Of a stretch of DNA of 46,825 bases, positions 1 through 8,081 are shown one piece after another. This DNA is from Polyangiaceae bacterium (lineage in GTDB: Bacteria > Myxococcota_A > Polyangia > HGW-17 > JALWFW01), in contig JALWFW010000119.1 of the NCBI GenBank assembly GCA_027013865.1, positions 1 to 46,825 of the forward strand. Direction: 5' to 3'. The notes under the pieces were generated by a model that was not told the origin of the DNA, did no database searches, and saw only the letters and a list, made by a program, of their open reading frames with translations. The stretch's first letter is position 1. Every line of letters begins with the position of its first letter. The position numbers and the translations under genes are program-made.

Positions 1-1
1 C

Positions 2-406
2 CACTACGGCATCGACTGGGTACGCATGATAAAACATGCCAGGGAAATCCTTCACAGAGGCAATGAGGTCGGCAAGATGATGACGGTCGTTGGCGAAGAA
101 GGAATCTCCGTGGACGATCTGGTGCTCTATCTCAAGAGCGAAATGCTGGACTTCACGTATCTGCAGCAAAACGCCTTCGACGATGTGGACTGCGCAGCCT
201 CGATGGAGCGTCAGGTGCGGGACTTCTCACTCCTGTACAGAGCTCTGTCCAAGGAATTTAGTTTTACCGGCAAGAAAGAGGCGCGTGAGTTCTTCACGAA
301 ACTCCAGGACCGCTTCTATCAGAAGAATTATACGCCTGAAAACAGTGAGGAATATGACAGGCTCACCAGGGAAATCGAGGAACTCCTCGAAACCGGTGGG
401 AGGTGA
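2..406 (+). CDS. atpA: V/A-type ATP synthase catalytic subunit A, C-terminal fragment (5' end lies upstream of the window)
   Basis: The frame is open back to nt 2 (HYGIDWVR precedes the Met at 26). The C-terminal helical region is typical of V-type A subunits ([35 protein letters not shown]). Stop TGA 404-406 abuts subunit B, and the gene is followed by B-D-I-K. Confidence 0.85.
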   Translation, partial: HYGIDWVRMIKHAREILHRGNEVGKMMTVVGEEGISVDDLVLYLKSEMLDFTYLQQNAFDDVDCAASMERQVRDFSLLYRALSKEFSFTGKKEAREFFTKLQDRFYQKNYTPENSEEYDRLTREIEELLETGGR

Positions 407-411
407 GTGCC

Positions 412-1722
412 GTGTTCAAGGAATATACAAGGATCACCAATATCGTAGGTGACATCATCGAGCTGAAGGCCGAGGGTGTCCGTTACCGTGAGCTGGCGGT
501 TATAAGAAATGCCAATGGTGAGACATCGCTGGGGCAGGTAATCAAGATAGATCGCGACCGGGTATCGCTCCAGGTCTTTGCCGGTGCCCGCGGCCTTTCC
601 AACAGGGCTAGGGTCAGGTTCTTGGGCCATCCGATGCGCGTCAAGTACTCGGACCAGCTCTTAGGTCGCATCTTCAACGGTTCCGGGGAGCCCATCGACG
701 GTAAACCGCCTCTAGAGTCGGCACCAGAGGTGGAGATCGCCGGTCCTTCGGTCAATCCCGTCAAGCGCGTCGTTCCTCGTAACTTCATCGAGACGCGCAT
801 CCCAATGATCGACATATTCAATCCCCTCGTGGAGAGTCAGAAGCTTCCTATTTTTTCCACGGCGGGTGAGCCATACAACGAGCTTCTGGGCCGTATTGCC
901 CTTCAGGCCGAGGCCGACATCATCATCCTTGGCGGTATTGGTCTGAAGTTTGACGAGTTCATCGCCTTCCGTCGCAAATTCGAAGAAGGCGGCGTCATGG
1001 ACCGCACCGTCATGTTCATCCACACGGCCGCGGATCCGGTGGTGGAGAGGCTCTTGGTGCCGGACATGGCTCTTGCGGCTGCAGAGCAGTTCGGCATCGA
1101 CGGCAAGCGCGTCCTGGTCCTTCTCACCGACATGACCGCATTTGCCGATGCCCTCAAGGAGATCTCGGTGGCCATGGAGCAGGTGCCTTCCAACCTCGGG
1201 TATCCTGGCTCGCTTTATTCAGAGCTGGCATCCCGCTACGAGAAGGCGGTCGACTTCAAGGGTGCGGGTTCCATCACGGTTTTGGCCGTCACCACTATGC
1301 CAGGCGGTGACGTTACCCATCCTGTGCCAGACAACACCGGTTACATCACCGAGGGACAGTATTATCTTGCCAACGGAGTCATCAATCCCTTCGGATCCCT
1401 GAGCCGTCTGAAACAGCTCGTTATCGGCAAGGTCACACGTGAGGACCACGGTCATGTGATGAACGCCATGATCCGTCTGTACGCCAAGGCCTTGGAGACC
1501 AAGAAGAAGATCTCCATGGGCTTCGAGAAGACCGAGACGGACGAGAAATACCTCACCTACGCGGATCTCTTCGAACAGCGTTTCATGGACCTGGCAGTGG
1601 ACATTCCCCTGAACGATGCCCTTGATTTGGGCTGGAAGACCATGGCGGAGTGCTTCACACGCCAGGAAGTCGGTATCAAGCGCGAGATTCTCGAGAAGTA
1701 CTGGCCCAAAAGCGGGAGTTGA
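412..1722 (+). CDS. atpB: V/A-type ATP synthase subunit B (non-catalytic)
   Basis: Full-length match by eye to V-type B subunits ([70 protein letters not shown]). The ORF track starts at GTG 403, overlapping the atpA stop as GTGA. GTG 412 has a better Shine-Dalgarno (GGGAGGTGA ending at 406, 5-nt spacer). The start is therefore either 403 or 412. Confidence 0.9.
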   Translation: MFKEYTRITNIVGDIIELKAEGVRYRELAVIRNANGETSLGQVIKIDRDRVSLQVFAGARGLSNRARVRFLGHPMRVKYSDQLLGRIFNGSGEPIDGKPPLESAPEVEIAGPSVNPVKRVVPRNFIETRIPMIDIFNPLVESQKLPIFSTAGEPYNELLGRIALQAEADIIILGGIGLKFDEFIAFRRKFEEGGVMDRTVMFIHTAADPVVERLLVPDMALAAAEQFGIDGKRVLVLLTDMTAFADALKEISVAMEQVPSNLGYPGSLYSELASRYEKAVDFKGAGSITVLAVTTMPGGDVTHPVPDNTGYITEGQYYLANGVINPFGSLSRLKQLVIGKVTREDHGHVMNAMIRLYAKALETKKKISMGFEKTETDEKYLTYADLFEQRFMDLAVDIPLNDALDLGWKTMAECFTRQEVGIKREILEKYWPKSGS

Positions 1723-1728
1723 TGCACC

Positions 1729-2358
1729 ATGGCTGAGAAGGTCAAACTGAACAAGAACTCCCTGAGGGAGCAGACTCAGTCCCTGAAGCTGTTTCAGGAG
1801 TTTCTTCCCACACTGGAACTGCGAAAGCAGCAGCTTCAGATGGAGGTGAGGGAGGCCCAGCACGAGATCAGGGCCGCAGAGAAGGAACTGCAGGAGATGC
1901 TCAGCAGTTCTGGAGACTGGGTTTCCGCCATGGCTCCCCACATGGAGCTCCTCAGGCAGCTTCTGGTTGTCAGTGAGGTAAAGGTCAGGCACGTCAACGT
2001 GGCTGGCGTCAGGGTCCCACAGTTCGAGGAAGTCGTATTCGAGCGACGGCCATATTCCATCCTCGGTACTCCCTGGCTCATCGATGCGGCCATGGATTTT
2101 CTGCGCCGCATGATATCTGCCCGTAAGAAGGTGGACGTCCTGCGTGAGAAGTTCGAACTTCTCGACAGAGAACTCACCAAGACCACTCAGCGCATCAACC
2201 TCTACGAGAAAGTCCTTATTCCGCAGACGAAGGAAAACATCCGCAAGATAAAGATTTACCTGGGAGACCAGCAGATTGCTGCAGTGGCTCGTGCCAAGAT
2301 TGCCAAGGCCAAACTGGTGGCCAAGGCCGAGCAGCAGGTCGCCGAGGAGGAGGACTGA
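1729..2358 (+). CDS. atpD: V/A-type ATP synthase subunit D (central stalk)
   Basis: A 209-aa coiled-coil protein with N-terminus KLNKNSLREQTQSLKLFQEFLPTLELRKQQL and C-terminal IYLGDQQIAAVARAK, typical of V-type D. It sits between B and I, 6 nt after the atpB stop. Confidence 0.88.
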   Translation: MAEKVKLNKNSLREQTQSLKLFQEFLPTLELRKQQLQMEVREAQHEIRAAEKELQEMLSSSGDWVSAMAPHMELLRQLLVVSEVKVRHVNVAGVRVPQFEEVVFERRPYSILGTPWLIDAAMDFLRRMISARKKVDVLREKFELLDRELTKTTQRINLYEKVLIPQTKENIRKIKIYLGDQQIAAVARAKIAKAKLVAKAEQQVAEEED

Positions 2359-2361
2359 TCC

Positions 2362-4191
2362 ATGGCGCTGGTCCGCATGAAAAAACTTTTCGTCGTGGGA
2401 CCTGTGGGTCGCAGGGACGAGATCATAGACCGTCTTGAACAGCTTGGAGCTGTCCACGTGACTTTGGACAGTGACGTGGAGATGCCCCCGGAACTTTCGG
2501 CAGAGCATTCCAGGCTTCAGAGGGTCATAAAGCACCTTTCAGGCCTGGAGAGGCGGGGTGGATGTCCTTTCGATGATGCTGATTCCGTACTCCAGAAGTA
2601 CGACGACCTCGTCTCGGCACGTAGCAGGCTGGAGCAGGAGCTGGCCTCCACGGACAAGGACATTGGCCAGCTTGCTCCATGGGGTGATGTACCTGTCGAA
2701 GATCTCGGTGAACTAGCTGCCAGAAAACAGAAAGACAGGTTCTATCAACTTTCCAAGAAAGAGCGTCAGACATTCGATACGTCTGTTTTGGACGGGGCAG
2801 TGTGGTATGGCTGGACGTCCCTGAAGGGCTCGAAGCCCGTGGGTCTGGCTGTCATATGGAAAGGCGATTCCGTGGATTTGGGTCTGGAGGAATATCACAT
2901 CCCCAACCGTTCCATGGCGGTTATTGAAAGGGCGCGTCAAGAAATCATTAGTAAAATCAATGGGTTAGATGACGAATTTCAAAAGCTTGCCCCATGTGTA
3001 GGCCTTTTACGCGACAGACTCGCTGACATAGAAAGGCGCATGGAACGTGCCATGGTGTATGCCTCGGCTCTGGAAGACGGGCCTGTTGTGGCAATAAGTG
3101 GCTATGTGCCGGCATCCGATGCTCAAAAGGTGGTGGATGCCTTTGAGAACACGCCTGTTCTCACTTTGGTGCAGGAACCGGAACCCGACAAGGACATGGA
3201 CGTCCCCATTGAGTTCCGCAACACCTGGCTGGTTAGGTATTTCGAGCCACTCATACGTATGTTCAGCCTTCCGTCCTACTGGGAGGTGGATCCTACGCCT
3301 CTGGTGGCCCCGTTCATGGCCGTTTTCTTTGGATTCTGTCTTGGCGATGGTGCCTATGGTCTGCTCCTGTTTGGCGTGGGCACGTGGCTGGCATCGAAAT
3401 TCAAGTCGAATCCCGCCGTTCTCACTGGAATGCGCCTGCTTCAGGTGCTGGGGGCCTCTTCCGCTATCATTGGTCTTGGTATGGGTCAGGTCTTCGGATA
3501 CCAGGTGGTCAGTGCGCCGTGGGCCCAGAGCATCAGGCAATACCTGTTCTTGGGGCGTTTTGCCTCGGATCCCCTCTTCTTCTTCTATGTGTCGCTCATC
3601 TTCGGCGTGATCCAACTTTCGGTGGGGCTTTTTACCAAGGTCGTGATTTCCCTTGTGAGAGGCCGCGTACGTGAGGCTCTTGCCACATTAGGATGGGCCG
3701 GGCTCTTTGCCGCAGGTGTGCAGTACTACTACACCCACCAGTGGTGGGGATTTTTGGTGGCCGCTGCCATGATTTTCGTGTTCTCCACACCATTCGAGAT
3801 CAAGGGTTCGGGCGCAGGCGCCTTTGTCATGGCTCTGCTCAGGTGGTTTGGCGGCGGTCTTTATTCGCTGTACAACGTTTCGGGGCTCTTCGGCGATGTG
3901 ATGAGTTATGCCCGAATATTCGGACTGGGCATGAGCTCCGCAGTGCTGGCAGCAGTCATAAATCAGCTTGCCACGACGGTGTACGGCGACGGTTCGGTCA
4001 CCGGCATCGTATTCGGTGGCATAATTTTGGTCTTCGGACATACATTCAACTTCATAATGGCAATAATCGGTTCGATGGTGCATTCAGGGCGACTTCAGTT
4101 CCTCGAGTTCTACAAGCAGTTCTTCGAGGGTGGAGGAAAGCCGTATTCACCGTTCGGCCGTAAACTCAAGGAAAAGAAGGAAACCAACTAA
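2362..4191 (+). CDS. atpI: V/A-type ATP synthase subunit I (a-subunit, stator/ion channel)
   Basis: 609 aa with a soluble N-terminal half (MKKLFVVGPVGRRDEIIDRLEQLGAVHV) and a multi-TM C-terminal half ending in the conserved SYARIFGLGMSS and GHTFNFIMAIIGSMVHSGRLQFLEF motifs. SD GAGGAGGAGGA lies upstream of the ATG. Confidence 0.88.
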   Translation: MALVRMKKLFVVGPVGRRDEIIDRLEQLGAVHVTLDSDVEMPPELSAEHSRLQRVIKHLSGLERRGGCPFDDADSVLQKYDDLVSARSRLEQELASTDKDIGQLAPWGDVPVEDLGELAARKQKDRFYQLSKKERQTFDTSVLDGAVWYGWTSLKGSKPVGLAVIWKGDSVDLGLEEYHIPNRSMAVIERARQEIISKINGLDDEFQKLAPCVGLLRDRLADIERRMERAMVYASALEDGPVVAISGYVPASDAQKVVDAFENTPVLTLVQEPEPDKDMDVPIEFRNTWLVRYFEPLIRMFSLPSYWEVDPTPLVAPFMAVFFGFCLGDGAYGLLLFGVGTWLASKFKSNPAVLTGMRLLQVLGASSAIIGLGMGQVFGYQVVSAPWAQSIRQYLFLGRFASDPLFFFYVSLIFGVIQLSVGLFTKVVISLVRGRVREALATLGWAGLFAAGVQYYYTHQWWGFLVAAAMIFVFSTPFEIKGSGAGAFVMALLRWFGGGLYSLYNVSGLFGDVMSYARIFGLGMSSAVLAAVINQLATTVYGDGSVTGIVFGGIILVFGHTFNFIMAIIGSMVHSGRLQFLEFYKQFFEGGGKPYSPFGRKLKEKKETN

Positions 4192-4219
4192 AGGTATCAT
4201 TTAGAAAGGAGAGATAGCC

Positions 4220-4768
4220 GTGCTGAGCATCATCGAGTTCACTTCGATAGTAGATGTGGCGAATCAGGTAGTCACCAATATGGTGGCAGCAGCACCCCAG
4301 GCAGCAGCCAGGGCCGCAGAGGGATTCGTCATCAATGGATTCAACTGGAACCAGTTTCTGGCCTTCATGGGAATCGGCCTTCTGGGACTGGGGCTGGCCG
4401 GTTCTGCCATTGGACTGTCCATCGCAGGCAGTGCCGTGACTGGTGTCAAGGACGAGAAGCGCGGCGTTGCCCTGGCAGTGGCGGCTCTTCCCGGAACCCA
4501 GGGCCTGTATTCATTCGTCGTGGGCTTCCTGGCACTCGACAAGCTTGCCAATCCCGATGCACTTCCCTACGTGTTCGCGGCTGGTACGATGACTGGTATA
4601 GCATGTCTGATCTCCGGATGGTATCAGGGGGTCGTGTGCGCGGCTGGTATCAAGTCCATCAACCAGGACAAGATGGGTGCGGGATATGCCTTCGTTCTGG
4701 CGGCTCTGCCGGAGTTTTATGCGGTTCTCTCCCTGGTCTTCTCCTTCCTTCTCTTCATGAGGGTTTGA
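4220..4768 (+). CDS. atpK: V/A-type ATP synthase subunit K (duplicated 4-TM proteolipid)
   Basis: Four predicted TM helices. Motifs LPGTQGLYSFVVGFL (TM2), SGWYQGVVCAAG (TM3) and LPEFYAVLSLVFSFLLF (TM4) closely resemble the Enterococcus hirae NtpK helices as I recall them. GTG start is preceded by GGAGAG with a 7-nt spacer. Confidence 0.88.
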   Translation: MLSIIEFTSIVDVANQVVTNMVAAAPQAAARAAEGFVINGFNWNQFLAFMGIGLLGLGLAGSAIGLSIAGSAVTGVKDEKRGVALAVAALPGTQGLYSFVVGFLALDKLANPDALPYVFAAGTMTGIACLISGWYQGVVCAAGIKSINQDKMGAGYAFVLAALPEFYAVLSLVFSFLLFMRV

Positions 4769-4864
4769 CACACGATTGAAGAAGTGTCCGGCGAAAAAGC
4801 AGGTTACGTTCTCATGACGTAGAGATCTATTTCGCCTGATATTACCCGCCTGCAGATACACAAA

Positions 4865-5125
4865 ATGGGACCTGATACGGTATATACAGGTGTTTCGGCT
4901 GCTCTCATGCTCGCTGTCCGGCTCGCTGCTCCAGTGGTGCTGGTGGCAGCGGTGGTGGGTCTGGTGGTATCCCTGATTCAGTCCATCTTTCAGGTTGGAG
5001 AGCCTAGTCTGACATTTCTGCCGAAAAGTATTGCAGTGGGGCTGCTTCTTCTTGCAATGGGGCCGTATATAGGGTCCGTGCTGCGGGATTTCTTCTTCTA
5101 TGTGCTCACCCTGGCGGGTGGTTGA
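4865..5125 (+). CDS. fliQ: FliQ/SctS-family type III secretion export-gate protein, solitary copy
   Basis: An 86-aa helical hairpin. AAPVVLVAAVVGLVVSLIQSIFQVGEPSLTFLPKSIAVGLLL aligns almost residue for residue with YscS (PPVLVAAVVGTLVSLVQALTQIQEQTLGFVIKLIAVV) and FliQ ([38 protein letters not shown]), both recalled from memory. Length is typical of the family. No obvious SD. Confidence 0.8.
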   Translation: MGPDTVYTGVSAALMLAVRLAAPVVLVAAVVGLVVSLIQSIFQVGEPSLTFLPKSIAVGLLLLAMGPYIGSVLRDFFFYVLTLAGG

Positions 5126-5222
5126 GGCCCGTCTCCTGAGATAAACCGAAAAAAACTGTGAAAAAGGAAGTCAACTTCAGTACCTGTCGTGCCGACAATG
5201 ATGGTCAGTGAGGTGATGGAGT

Positions 5223-5756
5223 ATGGCAGACGTAAATGGTGTTGGAACCAATGGAACGGGTGGAGTCGTGACTATTCAGGACACACTACCTGAAGAATCC
5301 CAAACTCAGGACAAGACGGGATACGGAAACGTGGAGGAATTGGCACATATGCCCCTGCCTTCTGAAAACAGTCAGACTCTTGGAGATGTGGCCAAGGACA
5401 TGGCATGTTTTGGCGCAGGTATTGTGGATGGAGCTCTGACGCTGCCTGTGAATATCATAAACGTAGTCTCCGGAGGCCAGGTGGCTCGTTCCTGCGGGAG
5501 AGTATACACTGCCGGAAACGTAGCAGGTACGGTGGGTAGCATGCTCATTCCAGGTCTAGGTGAGGCCAATGCAGTGCTGAAGGGAGGCAAAGTGCTGGGC
5601 CGCGTTCGGGCTGGTGTGGCAAGTGGTAAAGCTCTTGGCAAGTATGTCGTACGCAAGCACTTCACAGGACGGCAACTGGGCAAGAACATTATTTTGAATG
5701 GCACTAAGTATCTTGGAGATTCGCTTCTGGAGCGGGCTGGAAAACCTTCGGATTGA
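5223..5756 (+). CDS. hypothetical Gly/Val-rich protein
   Basis: 177-aa ORF with SD GAGGTG 7 nt upstream of the ATG. No motif I can assign. The overlapping antisense ORF 5372-5914 is R/P/S-rich and looks like a shadow frame. Confidence 0.5.
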   Translation: MADVNGVGTNGTGGVVTIQDTLPEESQTQDKTGYGNVEELAHMPLPSENSQTLGDVAKDMACFGAGIVDGALTLPVNIINVVSGGQVARSCGRVYTAGNVAGTVGSMLIPGLGEANAVLKGGKVLGRVRAGVASGKALGKYVVRKHFTGRQLGKNIILNGTKYLGDSLLERAGKPSD

Positions 5757-5920
5757 TGTTTTGGTCTACGGAGTTCGATACGGGTTGGGCTAAAGAGGTT
5801 CAGTTGGTTACCGCCAGCACGGACACTCACTGAATGCGTAGGGTATTTCGAGATCGTCTGCAACTTGGGCCATATGCATTGGACGGATGGTACTGCTGCC
5901 CCCGTCATTTTCATGTGTAT

Positions 5921-5942
5921 TTTTACACTTCTGAGTGTAAAA
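5921..5942. promoter_or_regulatory. perfect 9-bp inverted repeat (TTTTACACT-tctg-AGTGTAAAA) immediately upstream of metG
   Basis: Read directly from the sequence. Stem arms are 5921-5929 and 5934-5942 with a 4-nt loop, ending 22 nt before the metG ATG at 5965. No T-run follows on either strand, so it is not a classical terminator. Function unknown. Confidence 0.25.
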
Positions 5943-5964
5943 TGTGGCCCCTGCGGAGGTTAGC

Positions 5965-8001
5965 ATGACCAAAACGCTAGTTACCAGTGCACTGCCGTAT
6001 GCCAATGGAGACATACATATTGGACATTTGGTGGAATACATCCAGACGGACATATACGTCCGTTTCCTGCGCATGCGTGGTGAAGACGTCATTTACGTGT
6101 GTGCCAGCGATACTCACGGGACACCCATCGAGGTCAATGCCCGCAAGAAAGGCATGACGCCCGAGGAGATGGTGGCCATGTTCCATGAACGCCAGAAGCG
6201 TGACTTCGATGGCTTTGATATCTCTTTCGACGTGTTCTACACCACTCATTCCGAGGAGACTCGTCACAACGCATACCGCATATTCGAGGGACTGCGCGAT
6301 GGCGGACTCATCGATAAGCGCGGCATAGACCAACTTTACTGTCCCAACGACGAGCGTTTCCTGCCCGACCGTTTCGTGCGCGGCACCTGCCCAAAATGCG
6401 GAGCTACGGACCAGTACGGCGATGCATGCGAGGTATGTGGCGCCACGTACGAGCCTACAGAGCTCATAGAACCGAAATGTGCCCTTTGTGGAACCACCCC
6501 TGAACTCAGGCATTCCACCCACTACTTCGTAATCCTGGAGAAAGCCCGTGATGCCATCGAGAAGTGGGTTGAAGCCGAGGGTCATCTACATCCTGACGTA
6601 CGCGACTGGCTGAAGTCCAACTTCCTCAAGGAGACCCTTCATGACTGGGACGTGTCCCGTGATGCCCCGTATTTCGGATTCCGTATCCCCGGTGAGGAAG
6701 ACAAGTTCTTCTACGTTTGGCTGGATGCCCCAGTGGGTTACATAGGCTCCACGGAAAAATGGTGCCGTGACAACGGCCTGGACTACCTGCGCGATTACTG
6801 GAGCCCTGAGGCCGATTCCCGCATCATCCACTTCATAGGTAAGGACATTGTCTACTTCCACACGCTGTTCTGGCCTGCCATGCTACACTACGGCGGTTTC
6901 AGGATGCCCGACCGGGTGCAGATACACGGGTTCCTAACGGTCAACGGCGAGAAAATGAGCAAATCCCGCGGCACATCCGTGAAGGCCGAGACCTATCTCA
7001 AACACCTCGACCCGCAGTATCTGCGGTTTTACTACGCCTATAAACTCACGCCGGGCCTGGATGATTTAGATCTGAACCTGGTTGAGTTCCGCGAACGTGT
7101 CAATGCCGAGCTGGTAAACAAAATAGCCAACCTTGCCTCGCGTACCCACGGACTTCTGCGCAAGAGGCTGGAGGGCAGGATGACCTCGCCACGCCAGGAT
7201 TTCGAGCCCCTGCGCCAGGAGATGCTGAAGGCCGCCGAAAAGGCCACGGCCCATTATGAGGCCTTTGAATTCGGGCGCGCCATACGCGAAATAGCTCGTA
7301 TAGCCGAAATAGCCAACAAGTACATCCAGGACACGGAGCCCTTCAGGCTGGCCAAAAGTGATCCAGACGAGGCGAGGGCCATTTTGTCCGGTGCTGTAGG
7401 CGCCATCAAGGGCATTGCCATCCTTCTGGGGCCGGTTCTCCCCGGTTTCAAGGAGAAGATAGAGCGAGCCTTTGGAGCGGAGCGCTCCTGGACATGGAAA
7501 GATTTGGATTTCATGCCTGATTCCGGGCAGTTGGGTGAGTTTGAACGACTTGTTGAACGCATGGAGGAGGAGGCAGTACAGGCCATGATAGACGAGACGA
7601 AAGACATTTTTGCCGAGGGTGAGGCGCCAGCTGACGAATGGCAGCCCGACGAGTCCATAGAGTCCTTCCGTGACACCATAACCTTTGACGACTTTGCGAA
7701 GGTCGATCTGCGCGTAGGACGTATCCTGAGTGTCGAGGAGGTGCCCGAGGCCCGCAAACTGTACAGACTGGTGGTTGATCTCGGTCGCGAAAAACGCCAG
7801 GTATTCGCCGGTCTCAAGAAGTACTTCAGGCCCGAGGAACTTCAGGGCAAGTCAGTAGTGGTGGTGGCCAATCTGGCACCCCGCAAGATGCGCTTTGGCG
7901 TGAGCGAGGCCATGCTCCTGGCTGCCGAGGATCCAGACGGTAACCTCACCATGGTAGTACCAGACGATTCATCCATGAAACCAGGCTCCACCATATCCTG
8001 A
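5965..8001 (+). CDS. metG: methionine--tRNA ligase with C-terminal tRNA-binding (EMAP/Trbp111-like) domain
   Basis: HIGH-type motif PYANGDIHIGHL, KMSKS motif (GEKMSKSRG), and zinc knuckles CPKCG..CEVCG..CALCG. The C-terminus VDLRVGRILSVEEVPEARKLYRLVVDLG is typical of the MetRS appended domain. ATG 5965 has GGAGG 7 nt upstream. The track's GTG 5944 is a less likely start. Confidence 0.95.
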   Translation: MTKTLVTSALPYANGDIHIGHLVEYIQTDIYVRFLRMRGEDVIYVCASDTHGTPIEVNARKKGMTPEEMVAMFHERQKRDFDGFDISFDVFYTTHSEETRHNAYRIFEGLRDGGLIDKRGIDQLYCPNDERFLPDRFVRGTCPKCGATDQYGDACEVCGATYEPTELIEPKCALCGTTPELRHSTHYFVILEKARDAIEKWVEAEGHLHPDVRDWLKSNFLKETLHDWDVSRDAPYFGFRIPGEEDKFFYVWLDAPVGYIGSTEKWCRDNGLDYLRDYWSPEADSRIIHFIGKDIVYFHTLFWPAMLHYGGFRMPDRVQIHGFLTVNGEKMSKSRGTSVKAETYLKHLDPQYLRFYYAYKLTPGLDDLDLNLVEFRERVNAELVNKIANLASRTHGLLRKRLEGRMTSPRQDFEPLRQEMLKAAEKATAHYEAFEFGRAIREIARIAEIANKYIQDTEPFRLAKSDPDEARAILSGAVGAIKGIAILLGPVLPGFKEKIERAFGAERSWTWKDLDFMPDSGQLGEFERLVERMEEEAVQAMIDETKDIFAEGEAPADEWQPDESIESFRDTITFDDFAKVDLRVGRILSVEEVPEARKLYRLVVDLGREKRQVFAGLKKYFRPEELQGKSVVVVANLAPRKMRFGVSEAMLLAAEDPDGNLTMVVPDDSSMKPGSTIS

Positions 8002-8081
8002 TGTGTCTTTGCGAATTTCTGAATAATTTCATATAGTTAAAGCGTATAGGGGTTGGAGGACACAGGGGAGGCGAGCCAGGC

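Noticed and set aside
1219-2535. 438-aa ORF on the minus strand, antisense to atpB/atpD/atpI
   Set aside because: It lies entirely inside well-supported V-ATPase genes on the other strand. Its composition (L/G/H/V/Q-rich, no motifs) is typical of a shadow frame in GC-rich coding DNA. The same applies to the other antisense ORFs across metG, lon, uvrD, mrp and the TPR gene.
8002-8081. Search for intrinsic terminators in convergent gaps (8002-8081, 12585-12689, 24538-24594)
   Set aside because: Only 4-5-bp stems were found (for example GAGC-cag-GCTC near 8065-8075, and the TCGATATCGA palindrome near 12626-12635), with no following T-tract. None qualifies as a rho-independent terminator.
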